Assembly (NCBI GenBank): GCA_963757765.1
Contig: CAVWSL010000015.1
Coordinates: 658,922-722,921 of the forward strand
DNA: 64,000 nt
DNA from: an uncultured Chloroflexia bacterium
GTDB taxonomy: Bacteria; Chloroflexota; Limnocylindria; Limnocylindrales; CSP1-4
Reading direction: 5' to 3'
Notes under the pieces: model-generated
The model's database searches: none
Seen by the model: the letters and a program-made list of their open reading frames with translations, nothing else
What the model was told of the DNA's origin: nothing
Program-made: the position numbers and the translations under genes
Part shown: positions 46,901-56,520 of the stretch, one piece after another
Layout: every line of letters starts with the position of its first letter
How positions within the stretch are numbered: the first letter of the stretch is position 1

Positions 46901-47359
46901 TCAGCGGATGTGCTGCACCTTCCGCTGGAACCGGACGAGCCGGCGCCGCAGTGCCTTGCGACGGCGCGGACCTGCCTGCGGGTGCAGCAGCCAGGCGAGG
47001 ACGCCACCGACCACGGCACCGACCACGAGCACCACCACGCCCAGCGCGAGCGCCGGACCCAGGGAGCCGCGCCGGTGGGGCAGGCCCAGCAGTCGGCGCA
47101 GGGCGGGCACGGCCAGATGCGGCCGTTCCAGGTCGAGATGCGGCAGGTCGATCCTGCCGATACCCTCGCGCAGGTCACCCAGGGTGGCCGACAGGTCGAT
47201 CCGTTCGAGCTCACGGCGCAGGTCAGCTGCGGTCGGCAGGTCGCGCTCGGCAAGATCGGCCCGCAGCGCCGTCAAGCGTGACATGTCCAGCTCTCGCAGG
47301 TCGCGGACCACGTCGCGCAGTGGTTCGGTGTCCACATGCGGCAGCCTCATCACAGTCAT
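46901..47359 (-). CDS. hypothetical protein with repeated (I/L)DLxxL motifs and a C-terminal TM helix
   Basis: ORF located upstream of carAB on the same strand. No recognisable domain. Confidence 0.4.
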   Translation of the reverse strand: MTVMRLPHVDTEPLRDVVRDLRELDMSRLTALRADLAERDLPTAADLRRELERIDLSATLGDLREGIGRIDLPHLDLERPHLAVPALRRLLGLPHRRGSLGPALALGVVVLVVGAVVGGVLAWLLHPQAGPRRRKALRRRLVRFQRKVQHIR

Positions 47360-47416
47360 CGTCGCGCTCTCCCTTGCCCTAGGTGCGGCCTGGGCCGGCC
47401 GGGCATCCCGTGCGGT

Positions 47417-48349
47417 TCATGGTGACACCGATGACCCCGGTGCATCCGGCGCAGCCGGCGAGGGCGCCGTGACGAGCCGCAGCGGCGCGCCGGCCGCGTC
47501 CGATGCGTCCCTGGATGGCGGCGCCTCGTGGAACAGCGGCCGCACCGCCTCCGCGACCAGGTCCGCCCAGCCTGCGTACTGCTTGCCCGACGGATGGAGG
47601 TCGCGCCCGTCGACCGGCACCGCGACGAGCGAGGGGTCCTGCTGGACGCGGTCGCTGATGGGCGAGATGTCCACGACCGCGATACCGCGCGCCTCCGCCG
47701 CTGCACGGAGCAGGTCATTGAACTCGCGGATGCGCGCGCTCTTCACCTCCGGCTCCCCGTAGATGTCGCCGTCGGGCATGAGGGTGTAGTCCGGGGTCGT
47801 GACCACCACGACCCGATCGGCGTCCACGAGCGTCAGGACGGTATCGAGGATGTGGGCCATGTTGGCGCTGTACGTCTCCGCGGGCGTGCGCAGGATGACG
47901 TCGTTCACGCCCACCTGGACGCTCACGAACTGGGGCTCGAGCTCGACGAGCTGCGGCAGCTGGTCCTGGATCACCTGGCGGCTGGCACTGCTGCGTCCGG
48001 CGAGGTTCGCCACGATGTCCAGGTCCAGGTCCGGTCGCAGGATGCGCACCAGCTGGTTGGGCCAGCGGTCGGACTGCTTGACACCATCGCCAAAGCTGTA
48101 CGAATCGCCGAGCACGACATATCGCAACGCCCCGGGACCGACGGTCGGCGCCACGGGGCCGACGAGGCCGGTCGGCAGCGCCTCGGGCGACTCACTCGTC
48201 TCATCCGGGGCTGTCACGGCGCAACCCGCGAGCAGCGGGACGAGCATCACGATGCCCAGCAACCAGGGGATGACGGAGGGACGACGCACTGCCCCGAGGA
48301 TAGCGCGAGCGTCCGCGGAGCTCCTCGCACGGGTCTGCTTGCGCCTCAC
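47417..48349 (-). CDS. SGNH/GDSL hydrolase, lipoprotein
   Basis: Lipobox LLAGC, GDSY block (YVVLGDSYSFG) and a GVNDV block. Confidence 0.7.
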   Translation of the reverse strand: MRRKQTRARSSADARAILGAVRRPSVIPWLLGIVMLVPLLAGCAVTAPDETSESPEALPTGLVGPVAPTVGPGALRYVVLGDSYSFGDGVKQSDRWPNQLVRILRPDLDLDIVANLAGRSSASRQVIQDQLPQLVELEPQFVSVQVGVNDVILRTPAETYSANMAHILDTVLTLVDADRVVVVTTPDYTLMPDGDIYGEPEVKSARIREFNDLLRAAAEARGIAVVDISPISDRVQQDPSLVAVPVDGRDLHPSGKQYAGWADLVAEAVRPLFHEAPPSRDASDAAGAPLRLVTAPSPAAPDAPGSSVSP

Positions 48350-48432
48350 GGGTATCCTCGATGCCTTCGAGCGTCCGAAGCGACCGGCTGGTCCACCGAT
48401 GACGCCCGGCAGGCACCAGACTGGAGGTCCAC

Positions 48433-49407
48433 TTGGCGCGATCGATGTGGCGGGGAGCCATCCAGTTCGGGCTGGTCACCATCCCGGTGCGCCTCTACCT
48501 GGCGACCGAGTCGCGCGGCGGTCTCTCGTTCAACCTGCTGCACAAGGAGGCGAAGGAGGACGGCAAGGTCGTGCCCTGCCTCCGACGCATCCAGATGAAG
48601 ACGTACTGCCCGGAGCACGGTGAGATCCCGCGCTCCGACACGCTCCGCGGCTACGAATGGAGCAAGGGCCAGTACGTGATCATCGAGGAGTCCGACTTCG
48701 AGGCCGTGCCGCTCCGGACCGTGCGCGCCATCGAGATCGACCAGTTCGTGGAGACCACCGCCCAGCGGAGCGCGCCCATCTTCGTCAAGCAGGCCTACTA
48801 CCTCGAACCGGAGCCCATCGGTCGCAAGGCGTTCGGGCTGCTCAAGACCGTGCTCGCGGAGTCGGGCCTCCAGGGCATCTGCAAGATCGTGCTCAAGGAC
48901 AGGGAGCAGCTGTCGGTGCTCGATCCCTATCAGTCCACGATGCTCCTGTCGACCATCTACTGGCCGGACGAGGTCCGGGACCTGGGCGAGCTGGACGTCC
49001 CCGCGGAGGAGGCGGAACCAAAGCCGGCAGAGATCGCTATGGCCAAGCAGCTGGTCGCGGCCATGACGGGCGAGTTCGAGCCGGAACGATATCGGGACGA
49101 GTACCGGGAGGCACTGCTCAAGGTCATCGAGGCCAAGGTGGACGGACAGCCGGTCGCGATGCCCGAGCCGGTCGCCGAGTCGAAGGGCCTCACCGATCTG
49201 ATGGCCGTGCTCGAGGCGAGCGTCGCGGCGGCCCGCGACGCTCGCAAGACGGCACCGGCAGCGATGGCCACCGCGGATCCCGACGAGCCCATCCCGGTCA
49301 CCCGCGGCCGCGCCAAGGCGAAGCCCAAGGCGAGCGCCGCAGGCGCGCCCGAGGCGGCGACCGAGGCAAAGGCGGCGACCCCGCAGCGGCGCCGCAAGTC
49401 GGCCTGA
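48433..49407 (+). CDS. ku: Ku protein (non-homologous end-joining DNA-end binding)
   Basis: MWRGAIQFGLVTIPVRLY... with a C-terminal Lys/Ala-rich tail. The start may be the ATG at 48445. Confidence 0.9.
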   Translation: MARSMWRGAIQFGLVTIPVRLYLATESRGGLSFNLLHKEAKEDGKVVPCLRRIQMKTYCPEHGEIPRSDTLRGYEWSKGQYVIIEESDFEAVPLRTVRAIEIDQFVETTAQRSAPIFVKQAYYLEPEPIGRKAFGLLKTVLAESGLQGICKIVLKDREQLSVLDPYQSTMLLSTIYWPDEVRDLGELDVPAEEAEPKPAEIAMAKQLVAAMTGEFEPERYRDEYREALLKVIEAKVDGQPVAMPEPVAESKGLTDLMAVLEASVAAARDARKTAPAAMATADPDEPIPVTRGRAKAKPKASAAGAPEAATEAKAATPQRRRKSA

Positions 49408-49440
49408 TGTGGCCGGTCCCGTGACGGTCCCGCTCCGCAC

Positions 49441-50157
49441 ATGACCGCCCGGGTACGAGCCGCACCCGACCAGCTGGCGCTGGCCCTGGATGCCCTCGTC
49501 ACCCCCGGGGACACCGGGCGGTCCGACGCCTGGTCCGAGCCCATGCTGCCGGGTGCCGGCGAGGGCCCATTCGACGATGCCGCCTGGTTCTTCGAGCCCT
49601 GGTGGCCGGGTATCCAGGCCATGGTCGTCATCGAGGGGACACACCTCAGCCTTCGGACGACCCAGCTCAGCGACCCCCTTCCCGCGTTCCCGGAGCTGGC
49701 CACGATGCCCCAGCAGGTGGCGGCGCGGCAGGCGGTCATCGTGGGCACGCTGCTCGTCCTGGACGCGGACGGCCGTCCCGATCCGGACGCCCTGCGGCAG
49801 CGACTTGCCGACCCGGATGCGCGGACGGGCAGCGGGGCCTTCATCGCCGCCGATCTCATCGGATGGGAGCAGCGACCCCTCATCAATCAGCCCTTCGCGA
49901 CCCGGCGGAGCAGTTTGCTCGAGGTCGTCGCCGATGGCGACCGCTTCCTGGTCAGCCGGGGACTCCACGGTGAGGGCGAGACGCTCGCCAGTGCCGCGGC
50001 GGCGATGGGCATCGATGGCGTCTCGGCGCGCCGGCTCGATGCACCCTGGCATCCCGGCATGGCCAGTGAGGCGTGGCTGCGCCTGCCGGTGGCCGCGACC
50101 ACGGTCGGTCCAGTCCGGCCACTGCTGGTCCTACTCCAGCGTCTGCCGCTCGACTGA
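49441..50157 (+). CDS. ATP-dependent DNA ligase nucleotidyltransferase-like domain protein with the catalytic lysines substituted (probable pseudoenzyme)
   Basis: Motif I FEPKWDG is replaced by FEPWWPG. Motif III-like FIAADLIGWEQRPL. Motif IV/V-like DGVSARRLDAPWHPGMASEAWLRLPV carries R where the ligase lysines normally sit. There is no OB domain. Confidence 0.55.
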   Translation: MTARVRAAPDQLALALDALVTPGDTGRSDAWSEPMLPGAGEGPFDDAAWFFEPWWPGIQAMVVIEGTHLSLRTTQLSDPLPAFPELATMPQQVAARQAVIVGTLLVLDADGRPDPDALRQRLADPDARTGSGAFIAADLIGWEQRPLINQPFATRRSSLLEVVADGDRFLVSRGLHGEGETLASAAAAMGIDGVSARRLDAPWHPGMASEAWLRLPVAATTVGPVRPLLVLLQRLPLD

Positions 50158-50418
50158 CGGGTCGTGACGTACGGCCCGGGGTGGTGCGGGGCGGTACCGT
50201 CGGCCCGTCGGTACCAAGGTACGGGGGGACAGGGGACGATCGTGCTGTCAGCATGCGGGACGTCGGGAGAGCGCTGAAGCGGGCGCCGACCCCACGACGG
50301 TGCACGCTCACCGCGTCACATGATCGGAGCCGCCACTGCCCAGGGTGGCGGGTGCCGAAGACCCCTTCGCCGAGTCCTGCTCGACGGAGGGGTCGTTCAT
50401 GTCCGGCTGGCTGACGAG

Positions 50419-51081
50419 TCAGGGTCCGGGAGACGCCGGGGGTGCGGTCAGCTGCGGCAGATCCGGATACGTGGGTGTCTGGAGGATGCCGATGTTGTCC
50501 AGCGGCCAGAATCGCAGCCAGGCGCGGCCGATGATCTCGCTGATCCTGACCGGCCCGAACGTCCTCGAGTCGACCGAGTGCAGGCGATTGTCACCCATGA
50601 CCCAGACCTCGTCGGGGCCCAGGTCCACGGTATCGAACGCAGGGTCCTCCGACCGCGTGGCGGCACCGTCCGGGACGTACGGCTCATCCAGCCTGACACC
50701 ATTGATCCAGACGCCGCCGGCCCGGATCTCCACATGGTCGCCTGGCACCCCGATGACCCGCTTGATGTACGGGGTCGATGCCTCGGCCTGGTCCGGCGGA
50801 TGGAGGACGACGATATCCCCGCGGCTGTAGCTGTCGAAGCGGGGCGTGAGCTTGTCGATGAGCAGGTGCTGACCGTCGTGGAGGGTCCGGTCCATCGACT
50901 GACCCTCGACCCGGTATGTCTGGACGATGAACGTCTGGATCACGAAGTAGAGCGCGATCGCGAGACCCACCGTCACGGCGATCTCGATGACCCAGCCGAC
51001 GCCCCGGGAGCGCTGATGCGGTGGTGGCTGCTCGATCGGGGGCATGGGCGCAGGCGGGTCAGGCGGTTGGGATGTCGTCAT
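50419..51081 (-). CDS. lepB: signal peptidase I
   Basis: N-terminal TM, SMxxTL box (GQSMDRTL), box D (YIKRVIGVPGD) and GDNRLHSVDSR. Confidence 0.85.
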   Translation of the reverse strand: MTTSQPPDPPAPMPPIEQPPPHQRSRGVGWVIEIAVTVGLAIALYFVIQTFIVQTYRVEGQSMDRTLHDGQHLLIDKLTPRFDSYSRGDIVVLHPPDQAEASTPYIKRVIGVPGDHVEIRAGGVWINGVRLDEPYVPDGAATRSEDPAFDTVDLGPDEVWVMGDNRLHSVDSRTFGPVRISEIIGRAWLRFWPLDNIGILQTPTYPDLPQLTAPPASPGP

Positions 51082-51149
51082 CGCGCGTCAGGGTAGTCGA
51101 GCGGACGCTCGGCCGTGTCCAACGGTCGGCGCGAGCGCATCATCGATCG

Positions 51150-51815
51150 ATGCGCGCGGAGATGACGGACGCGGATCAGTGGCAGCCGGTGTCCATCGCG
51201 ACCGTCGCCGCCCGGGTCGCGGCGCTCGCGTCCGGCACCGCGCCGCCGGTCATCCTGGCCGTCGACGGGCGGTCGGGCAGCGGCAAGACGACGGTCGCGG
51301 CCGAGCTCGCGGCCCGGCTGGACGCCGCGCCGGTCATCCACACCGATGACGTCGCGTGGCATCACTCGTTCTTCGACTGGTGGCCGATGATGCGCGATGA
51401 GCTACTGCTGCCGCTCCGCTCGGGCCGGCCTGTGGCGTGGCGGCCGCCCGGCTGGGTCGCCCGCGGCCGTAGCGGCTCGATCGACGTGCCTGCCGCTTCC
51501 GTCGTGCTGGTGGAAGGTGTCGGCGCGAGTCGACGCGCGCTCGTGGACCTGCTCGACGCCACCATCTGGGTCGCCGGCGATCGGGTCGTGCAGGAGCGAC
51601 GGGGTGTCCTGCGCGACGGCGGCGATGCCGCCGCCCAGCGGTTCTGGGACGAGTGGCAAGCGGAGGAGCGACCGTTCATGTCCGCGGACCGACCATGGGA
51701 GCGCGCCGACATACGGGTCCAGGGGACCCCGACGGCGCCCGCACCGGACGGCTGCTGGTGGGCCTCCTGGGGGCCCAGCGGCCGCCTCGGAGACGGCTCG
51801 GCGACAGCGCCCTGA
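51150..51815 (+). CDS. P-loop nucleoside/nucleotide kinase-like protein
   Basis: Walker A VDGRSGSGKTTVAAELA. Start at MRAEMTDAD. Confidence 0.55.
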   Translation: MRAEMTDADQWQPVSIATVAARVAALASGTAPPVILAVDGRSGSGKTTVAAELAARLDAAPVIHTDDVAWHHSFFDWWPMMRDELLLPLRSGRPVAWRPPGWVARGRSGSIDVPAASVVLVEGVGASRRALVDLLDATIWVAGDRVVQERRGVLRDGGDAAAQRFWDEWQAEERPFMSADRPWERADIRVQGTPTAPAPDGCWWASWGPSGRLGDGSATAP

Positions 51816-51865
51816 TCCACCCGACGGCTCGCCCACGGCTGAGCTCGTGCTCCTATCCTGCTTCG

Positions 51866-52153
51866 ATGGAGTTGACGGTCACCGGCGAGATCTGGTCCTG
51901 GCGTGGGCCGGCGCCTCATCACTTCGTCACCGTTCCCGCCAGTGGGTCCCGCAGGCTGCGCGCCATCGCATCGTCGGTGACCTACGGCTGGGGCATGATC
52001 CCCGTCGCCCTGCGCATCGGTGACACCGCCTGGACGACGGCCCTGTGGCCCAAGGACGGGCTGTACGTCGTGCCGCTCAAGCAATGGGTGCGAAAGGCCG
52101 AAGGGCTCGAGGTCGGCGACACCGTGACCATCGAGCTCACCGTCGTCGGCTGA
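51866..52153 (+). CDS. DUF1905 family protein
   Basis: MELTVTGEIWSWRGPAPHHFVTVPA...GWGMIPV...GDTAWTTALWPKDGLYVVPLK. Confidence 0.55.
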   Translation: MELTVTGEIWSWRGPAPHHFVTVPASGSRRLRAIASSVTYGWGMIPVALRIGDTAWTTALWPKDGLYVVPLKQWVRKAEGLEVGDTVTIELTVVG

Positions 52154-52631
52154 CGTCCGAAGCAGCTGCGCCGCACAGGCAGGCCCGGCGTGGTTCCGAG
52201 CCCGCCGGGCCTCAGCACCCCGGACAAGGACGAAGCCGGGGCGACTCCTGAAGCTGCATGATGCCGCGTCTGTCGTGACGGTGCTACGGGACCAAGGGAC
52301 CATGGGCCCCGACCGATCGTCAGGCAGCCCTCATCTACCGGCCACGTTGCCGCTGACTGGGTCGATCGACGCCGCGCCAGCAGGCCGGGAACGAGATCCG
52401 TCCACATACGCAGGAATGCGCAGTGAGGTCATGTGGAGTCCGGTGCGAGACTTCGCGGGCCGTGGTGGAGGTCGAGCCGGCTTCTGGGATCCAGGCTCCC
52501 TTCCCGCGCGCTCTCGATCGCATCGCGTGACGCCGATCGATGCGTCTGGTGACGACGACCGGAACCGCCTTGACCCGCCGAACGCAGGAGCCGTCAATGG
52601 CGCTCGCCGGGGCGATATCGAGCGGGGATGC

Positions 52632-52706
52632 TGGTGAGCCGGGAAGGACTCGAACCTTCAACCAAGTGATTAAGAGTCACTTGCTCTGCCATTGAGCTAC
52701 CGGCCC
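52632..52706 (-). tRNA. tRNA-Lys (anticodon CTT), CCA encoded
   Basis: Minus strand reads GGGCCGGTAGCTCAATGGCAGAGCAAGTGACTCTTAATCACTTGGTTGAAGGTTCGAGTCCTTCCCGGCTCACCA. Seven-bp acceptor stem with one G-U pair, anticodon loop CUCUUAA, T-loop TTCGAGT. Confidence 0.85.
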
Positions 52707-52768
52707 AGACCGGGCATTCTACCGTGCCGGCTCTGGGAACGTGACGATCGGCGAGTGACGCGCGAGCG

Positions 52769-53305
52769 CTACTGTACCGTCGCCATCTGGTCGATGGCCG
52801 ACTGGAGCGACGCGGCATAGCCCTCGGTGGTGTATGTGGCGCCGGAGATGAGGTCGATCTGGGCGCTCTGTGCCTGGAGCGCCATCTGCCGCAGGTACGG
52901 CTCCACGTAGTCGCTGATCTGGGCGGAGTAGTCCCGGTCGCGCGGCAGCTGGAGCGCCTGCACATCGGTGATCTGGGTGCCGTTGACGGTGATCTGGACC
53001 TGGATGTCGCCGTAGCGCGTCTGGACGACCTGGCCCACCAGCACCTGATCGATCGCGACCGGGGCGGTCGCCACCGGGCTCGCCGCCGGCGTGCACGGTA
53101 CAGCGGAGGCGCCGGGCGAACCGAGCGGCAGCAGTGACGCTGCCGGCGACGCGGACGGACTCACCGATGCGCACGGCACGGCGGACGCGCCCGCCGATGG
53201 GCTGGCATCGGCGAGCGCGGCATCGGTCGGGCTCGCGCCGAAGCCGGGACTCTGGAAGCCCAGCAGCAGCGCGGTCGCGCCGGCCGACATCACCGCCAGG
53301 CCCAT
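52769..53305 (-). CDS. secreted FMN-binding domain protein
   Basis: C-terminal ...DLISGATYTTEGYAASLQSAID is typical of the FMN-binding (NosR/NqrC-type) domain. Signal peptide MGLAVMSAGATALLLGF. Confidence 0.55.
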   Translation of the reverse strand: MGLAVMSAGATALLLGFQSPGFGASPTDAALADASPSAGASAVPCASVSPSASPAASLLPLGSPGASAVPCTPAASPVATAPVAIDQVLVGQVVQTRYGDIQVQITVNGTQITDVQALQLPRDRDYSAQISDYVEPYLRQMALQAQSAQIDLISGATYTTEGYAASLQSAIDQMATVQ

Positions 53306-53621
53306 GCCCCGGCGCCGAAGGCCGCGGCGCGAAGGTGCCCGCGATGTCGCTGCTGCCGGGCCATCGGGCGAGGCCGAGGCGTGCGGAGCGGTCGATCCGC
53401 GGAGCGGTCCGCCCGCGGAGGGGTCGGGATACGAGTGGAGCGTCATCGAGAGGTTCTCCGTGGCTGATGGCGTCGAGTGCGCTTGATCGACCCGCGTGCG
53501 CGGCTCGACCAGGGCGCCAGCGTCCGCCGCGGGCATGAGACGCACATGAGACATAAGGGACCCGTGAGACGGGCACGCGACTGCGAGCAACCGGACCAGC
53601 CGCGTCCCGTAGGATGCGGCG

Positions 53622-54080
53622 GTGGACCACGCCGCCGCCGATACCATCATCGGCATCCTGCCATTCCTCGACGAGCAGCAGATCACCTTGCTCCAGGCCA
53701 CCTGGAATGGCGGAGATGCGGGTACCCGACAGCGAGCGTGGCGTCACGGCAGGCTCGCACTTGCCGCGCAGGGGCAGGAGCATACCCTCGAGATCGCCCA
53801 GGACGCGGTCGGACGCTGGCTCCGGGACCAGGGCAGCGGCTTCGTCGGGCGTCCGTTCCAGGTATATGCGGGGATGTCCAACCAGACCCGGCTGGACGCT
53901 CGCATCGGCGCCGCTCCGGCCATCCTGGACGCGGTCCTGGCCGCCTTGCTCCACGATGTGCTGACGCCGGATGAGCGCGACGAGCTCATCGGGCCGTGGC
54001 TGGTGGCGACTGGCCCTGCCAGTCCTGCGAGCGACCCATCCACCCTCGGTCCCCACCCACGAGGCGTCACCGACCCATGA
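53622..54080 (+). CDS. hypothetical protein
   Basis: GTG start. Its stop forms an ATGA overlap with the start of the downstream aldolase gene at 54077-54080. Confidence 0.45.
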   Translation: MDHAAADTIIGILPFLDEQQITLLQATWNGGDAGTRQRAWRHGRLALAAQGQEHTLEIAQDAVGRWLRDQGSGFVGRPFQVYAGMSNQTRLDARIGAAPAILDAVLAALLHDVLTPDERDELIGPWLVATGPASPASDPSTLGPHPRGVTDP

Positions 54081-54862
54081 CCCAGCCTGCCCCCCTGCGC
54101 AGCCGCGTCCTCGCCGGCGAGACGCTCTTCGGCACCTTCCTCAACCTGGGTTCCATCCAGGCGGCCGAGGTATGCGCCCGGGCGGGTCTCGACTGGGTGC
54201 TCGTCGACCTGGAGCACGGCGCTGGGACAGAGGCCGACCTACTGCCGCAGCTGACCGCCATCTCGGGCGCCGGATCGGGCGCCACCGCGCTCGTGCGGCT
54301 CGAGGAAGGTACCCGACTGCGCATCGGACGCGCCCTCGATCTGGGCGCGGAAGGCGTCATGGTGCCCCAGGTCGGCAGCGACACGGCGGCCGCGGATATC
54401 GCGGGCTGGCTTCGCTTCCCCCCGGAGGGGCGACGCGGCGTGGCCCTGTTCACGCGCGGGCTGGCCTACGGTGCCGGCGGCCACGACTCGGTCGACGCCC
54501 GCAACACGACCATCGTGGGCATCGTCCAGATCGAGTCCCGCGAAGGTGTCGCAGCCGCCGCGGACATGGCGGCCATCGAGGGCATCGATGTCCTGTTCGT
54601 GGGGCCCGCCGACCTGTCGCATGCCCTGGGCGTCCGAGGGCAGCTCGACCACCCGGATTTCGACGCGGCCATCCGGACCGTCGCGGACGCGGCCCGGGCG
54701 CACGGCAAGGCCGCCGGCATCCTGCTCTGGAAGCCCGAGGAAGCGGCCCGATACGCCGCCCTCGGCTACACGTTCTTCAGCCTCTCGACCGACGGCGCGC
54801 TGCTCAACGCGGCCATCCGGGGATCGCTTCAGGCAGGGCGGGCCGCGAGCTCGTCGAGATAG
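54077..54862 (+). CDS. HpcH/HpaI aldolase / citrate-lyase family protein
   Basis: MTQPAPLRSRVLAGETLFGTFLNLGS...WVLVDLEHGAG...VRLEEG...GAEGVMVPQV...IVQIESREGV...FVGPADLS. Confidence 0.8.
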   Translation: MTQPAPLRSRVLAGETLFGTFLNLGSIQAAEVCARAGLDWVLVDLEHGAGTEADLLPQLTAISGAGSGATALVRLEEGTRLRIGRALDLGAEGVMVPQVGSDTAAADIAGWLRFPPEGRRGVALFTRGLAYGAGGHDSVDARNTTIVGIVQIESREGVAAAADMAAIEGIDVLFVGPADLSHALGVRGQLDHPDFDAAIRTVADAARAHGKAAGILLWKPEEAARYAALGYTFFSLSTDGALLNAAIRGSLQAGRAASSSR

Positions 54863-54961
54863 TCCGCGATGCATGGGATCAAGCGCAGCACCGGCCGGAA
54901 GGCGGCATCGACCCCGGCCAGCGCCTCCTCGGGCGTGCTTGCCTGGCTCACGACGTCCGGC

Positions 54962-56464
54962 TCAGGCAGGCTGGTTGTCGATCTGGGCACGCTGGAGACG
55001 CTCGGAGTAGTCGACGTACACCGACTTCCATTCCGTGAACGTGTCCAACGCAGCATGGCCCGCCTCCCGGTGGCCGTTGCCGGTCTGGCGCGTGCCCCCG
55101 AACGGCAGGTGCGTCTCTGCGCCGATCGTGCCCGCGTTGACATACACGATGCCCGTGGCGAGGTCGCGCATCGCCCGGAAGGCGACATTCACGTCCCGGG
55201 TGTAGATGCTCGACGAGAGCCCGTACCGGACCTGGTTGACGACGGTCACGGCTGCAGCGTAGTCGGGCACCCGGATGACCGACAGCACGGGCCCGAAGAT
55301 CTCCTCCTGGCCCAACCGGCACATCGGGTCGACCCGGTCGAAGACGGTCGGCTGGAAGAAGTGGCCGTGCTCCAGTCCCGCACCGGTGGCCCTGGCGCCG
55401 CCGGTGAGCAGCTCCGCGCCCTCCTCCTGGCCGATGCCCACGTAGTTCGCGACGTTGGCCACGGCCGCCGCGTTGATGAGCGGTCCCACCTGTGTCAGCG
55501 GATCGAGGCCCGACCCCAGGCGCAGCGCCGACGCCCGGTCGACAAGCCGCTGGAGGAGCGCGTCCGCGACCGTCTCCTGGACGACGACCCGGCTGCACGC
55601 GGTGCAGCGCTGACCGGTGGTCCCGAACGCGGACCAGAGGATGCCTTCGACCGCGAGGTCGAGATCGGCGTCCTCGAGCACGACGATGGCGTTCTTGCCC
55701 CCCAATTCGAGGGAGAGCCGCTTGAGCCGCCGCCCGGCGACCTCCGCGATGCGCTTGCCGGTGGCGCTGCTGCCAGTGAAGCTGATGACCGGCACGTCGG
55801 GGCTCTCCACGAGGCCCATGCCCGCCGTGTCCCCGGCGCCCGTGACGAGGTTGACGACACCCGGCGGCAGGCCCGCCTGCTCCAGCAGCTCCACGAGCAA
55901 CAGGGCGCAGCCCGGGGTGTCCGACGCGGGCTTCAGGACGACGGTGTTGCCGCTGATGAGCGCGGGCATCATCTTCCAGCAGGGGATGGCCATCGGGAAG
56001 TTCCAGGGTGTGATGAGCCCCGCCACGCCGATGGGCTCCCTGATGCTCATCGCCCATTTGTCGGGCAGCTCCGAGGGCACCGTGTCGCCGAACAGACGAC
56101 GGCCCTCCCCTGCCATCAGGTAGGCGATATCGATGCCCTCCTGGACATCGCCGCGCGCCTCATCGAGGACCTTGCCCATCTCGAGGCTCATGTGCCGCGC
56201 CAACCGTTCCTTGTGCCGCGCCATGAGCGCCCCGAAGGCGTACAGGATCTCGCCCCGCCTGGGCGCCGGGGTGCGCTTCCAGGCCTCGCCCGCGTCGCCA
56301 GCCGCCCGGATGGCGTTCGCGATGTCCGATGCGTCGGACGCTGCGAATGTGCCGATGACCTGACGTTCGTCCGCCGGGTCGCGCGACTCGAAGACCAGCC
56401 CCGAGTTCGCCGCGTGCCACTCGCCGCCGATGCGATTGCCGTACTGGGCTGCCGCTTCGCTCAT
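54962..56464 (-). CDS. NAD(P)-dependent aldehyde dehydrogenase
   Basis: ITPWNFP, the catalytic ELGGKNA / CTACSR cysteine context, and EEIFGPVL. Confidence 0.85.
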   Translation of the reverse strand: MSEAAAQYGNRIGGEWHAANSGLVFESRDPADERQVIGTFAASDASDIANAIRAAGDAGEAWKRTPAPRRGEILYAFGALMARHKERLARHMSLEMGKVLDEARGDVQEGIDIAYLMAGEGRRLFGDTVPSELPDKWAMSIREPIGVAGLITPWNFPMAIPCWKMMPALISGNTVVLKPASDTPGCALLLVELLEQAGLPPGVVNLVTGAGDTAGMGLVESPDVPVISFTGSSATGKRIAEVAGRRLKRLSLELGGKNAIVVLEDADLDLAVEGILWSAFGTTGQRCTACSRVVVQETVADALLQRLVDRASALRLGSGLDPLTQVGPLINAAAVANVANYVGIGQEEGAELLTGGARATGAGLEHGHFFQPTVFDRVDPMCRLGQEEIFGPVLSVIRVPDYAAAVTVVNQVRYGLSSSIYTRDVNVAFRAMRDLATGIVYVNAGTIGAETHLPFGGTRQTGNGHREAGHAALDTFTEWKSVYVDYSERLQRAQIDNQPA

Positions 56465-56520
56465 CGTCCGATCGTAGGCCATCGCGGGCCCGCCGCGCGC
56501 GTGGCGCTATCCTCGGACGG

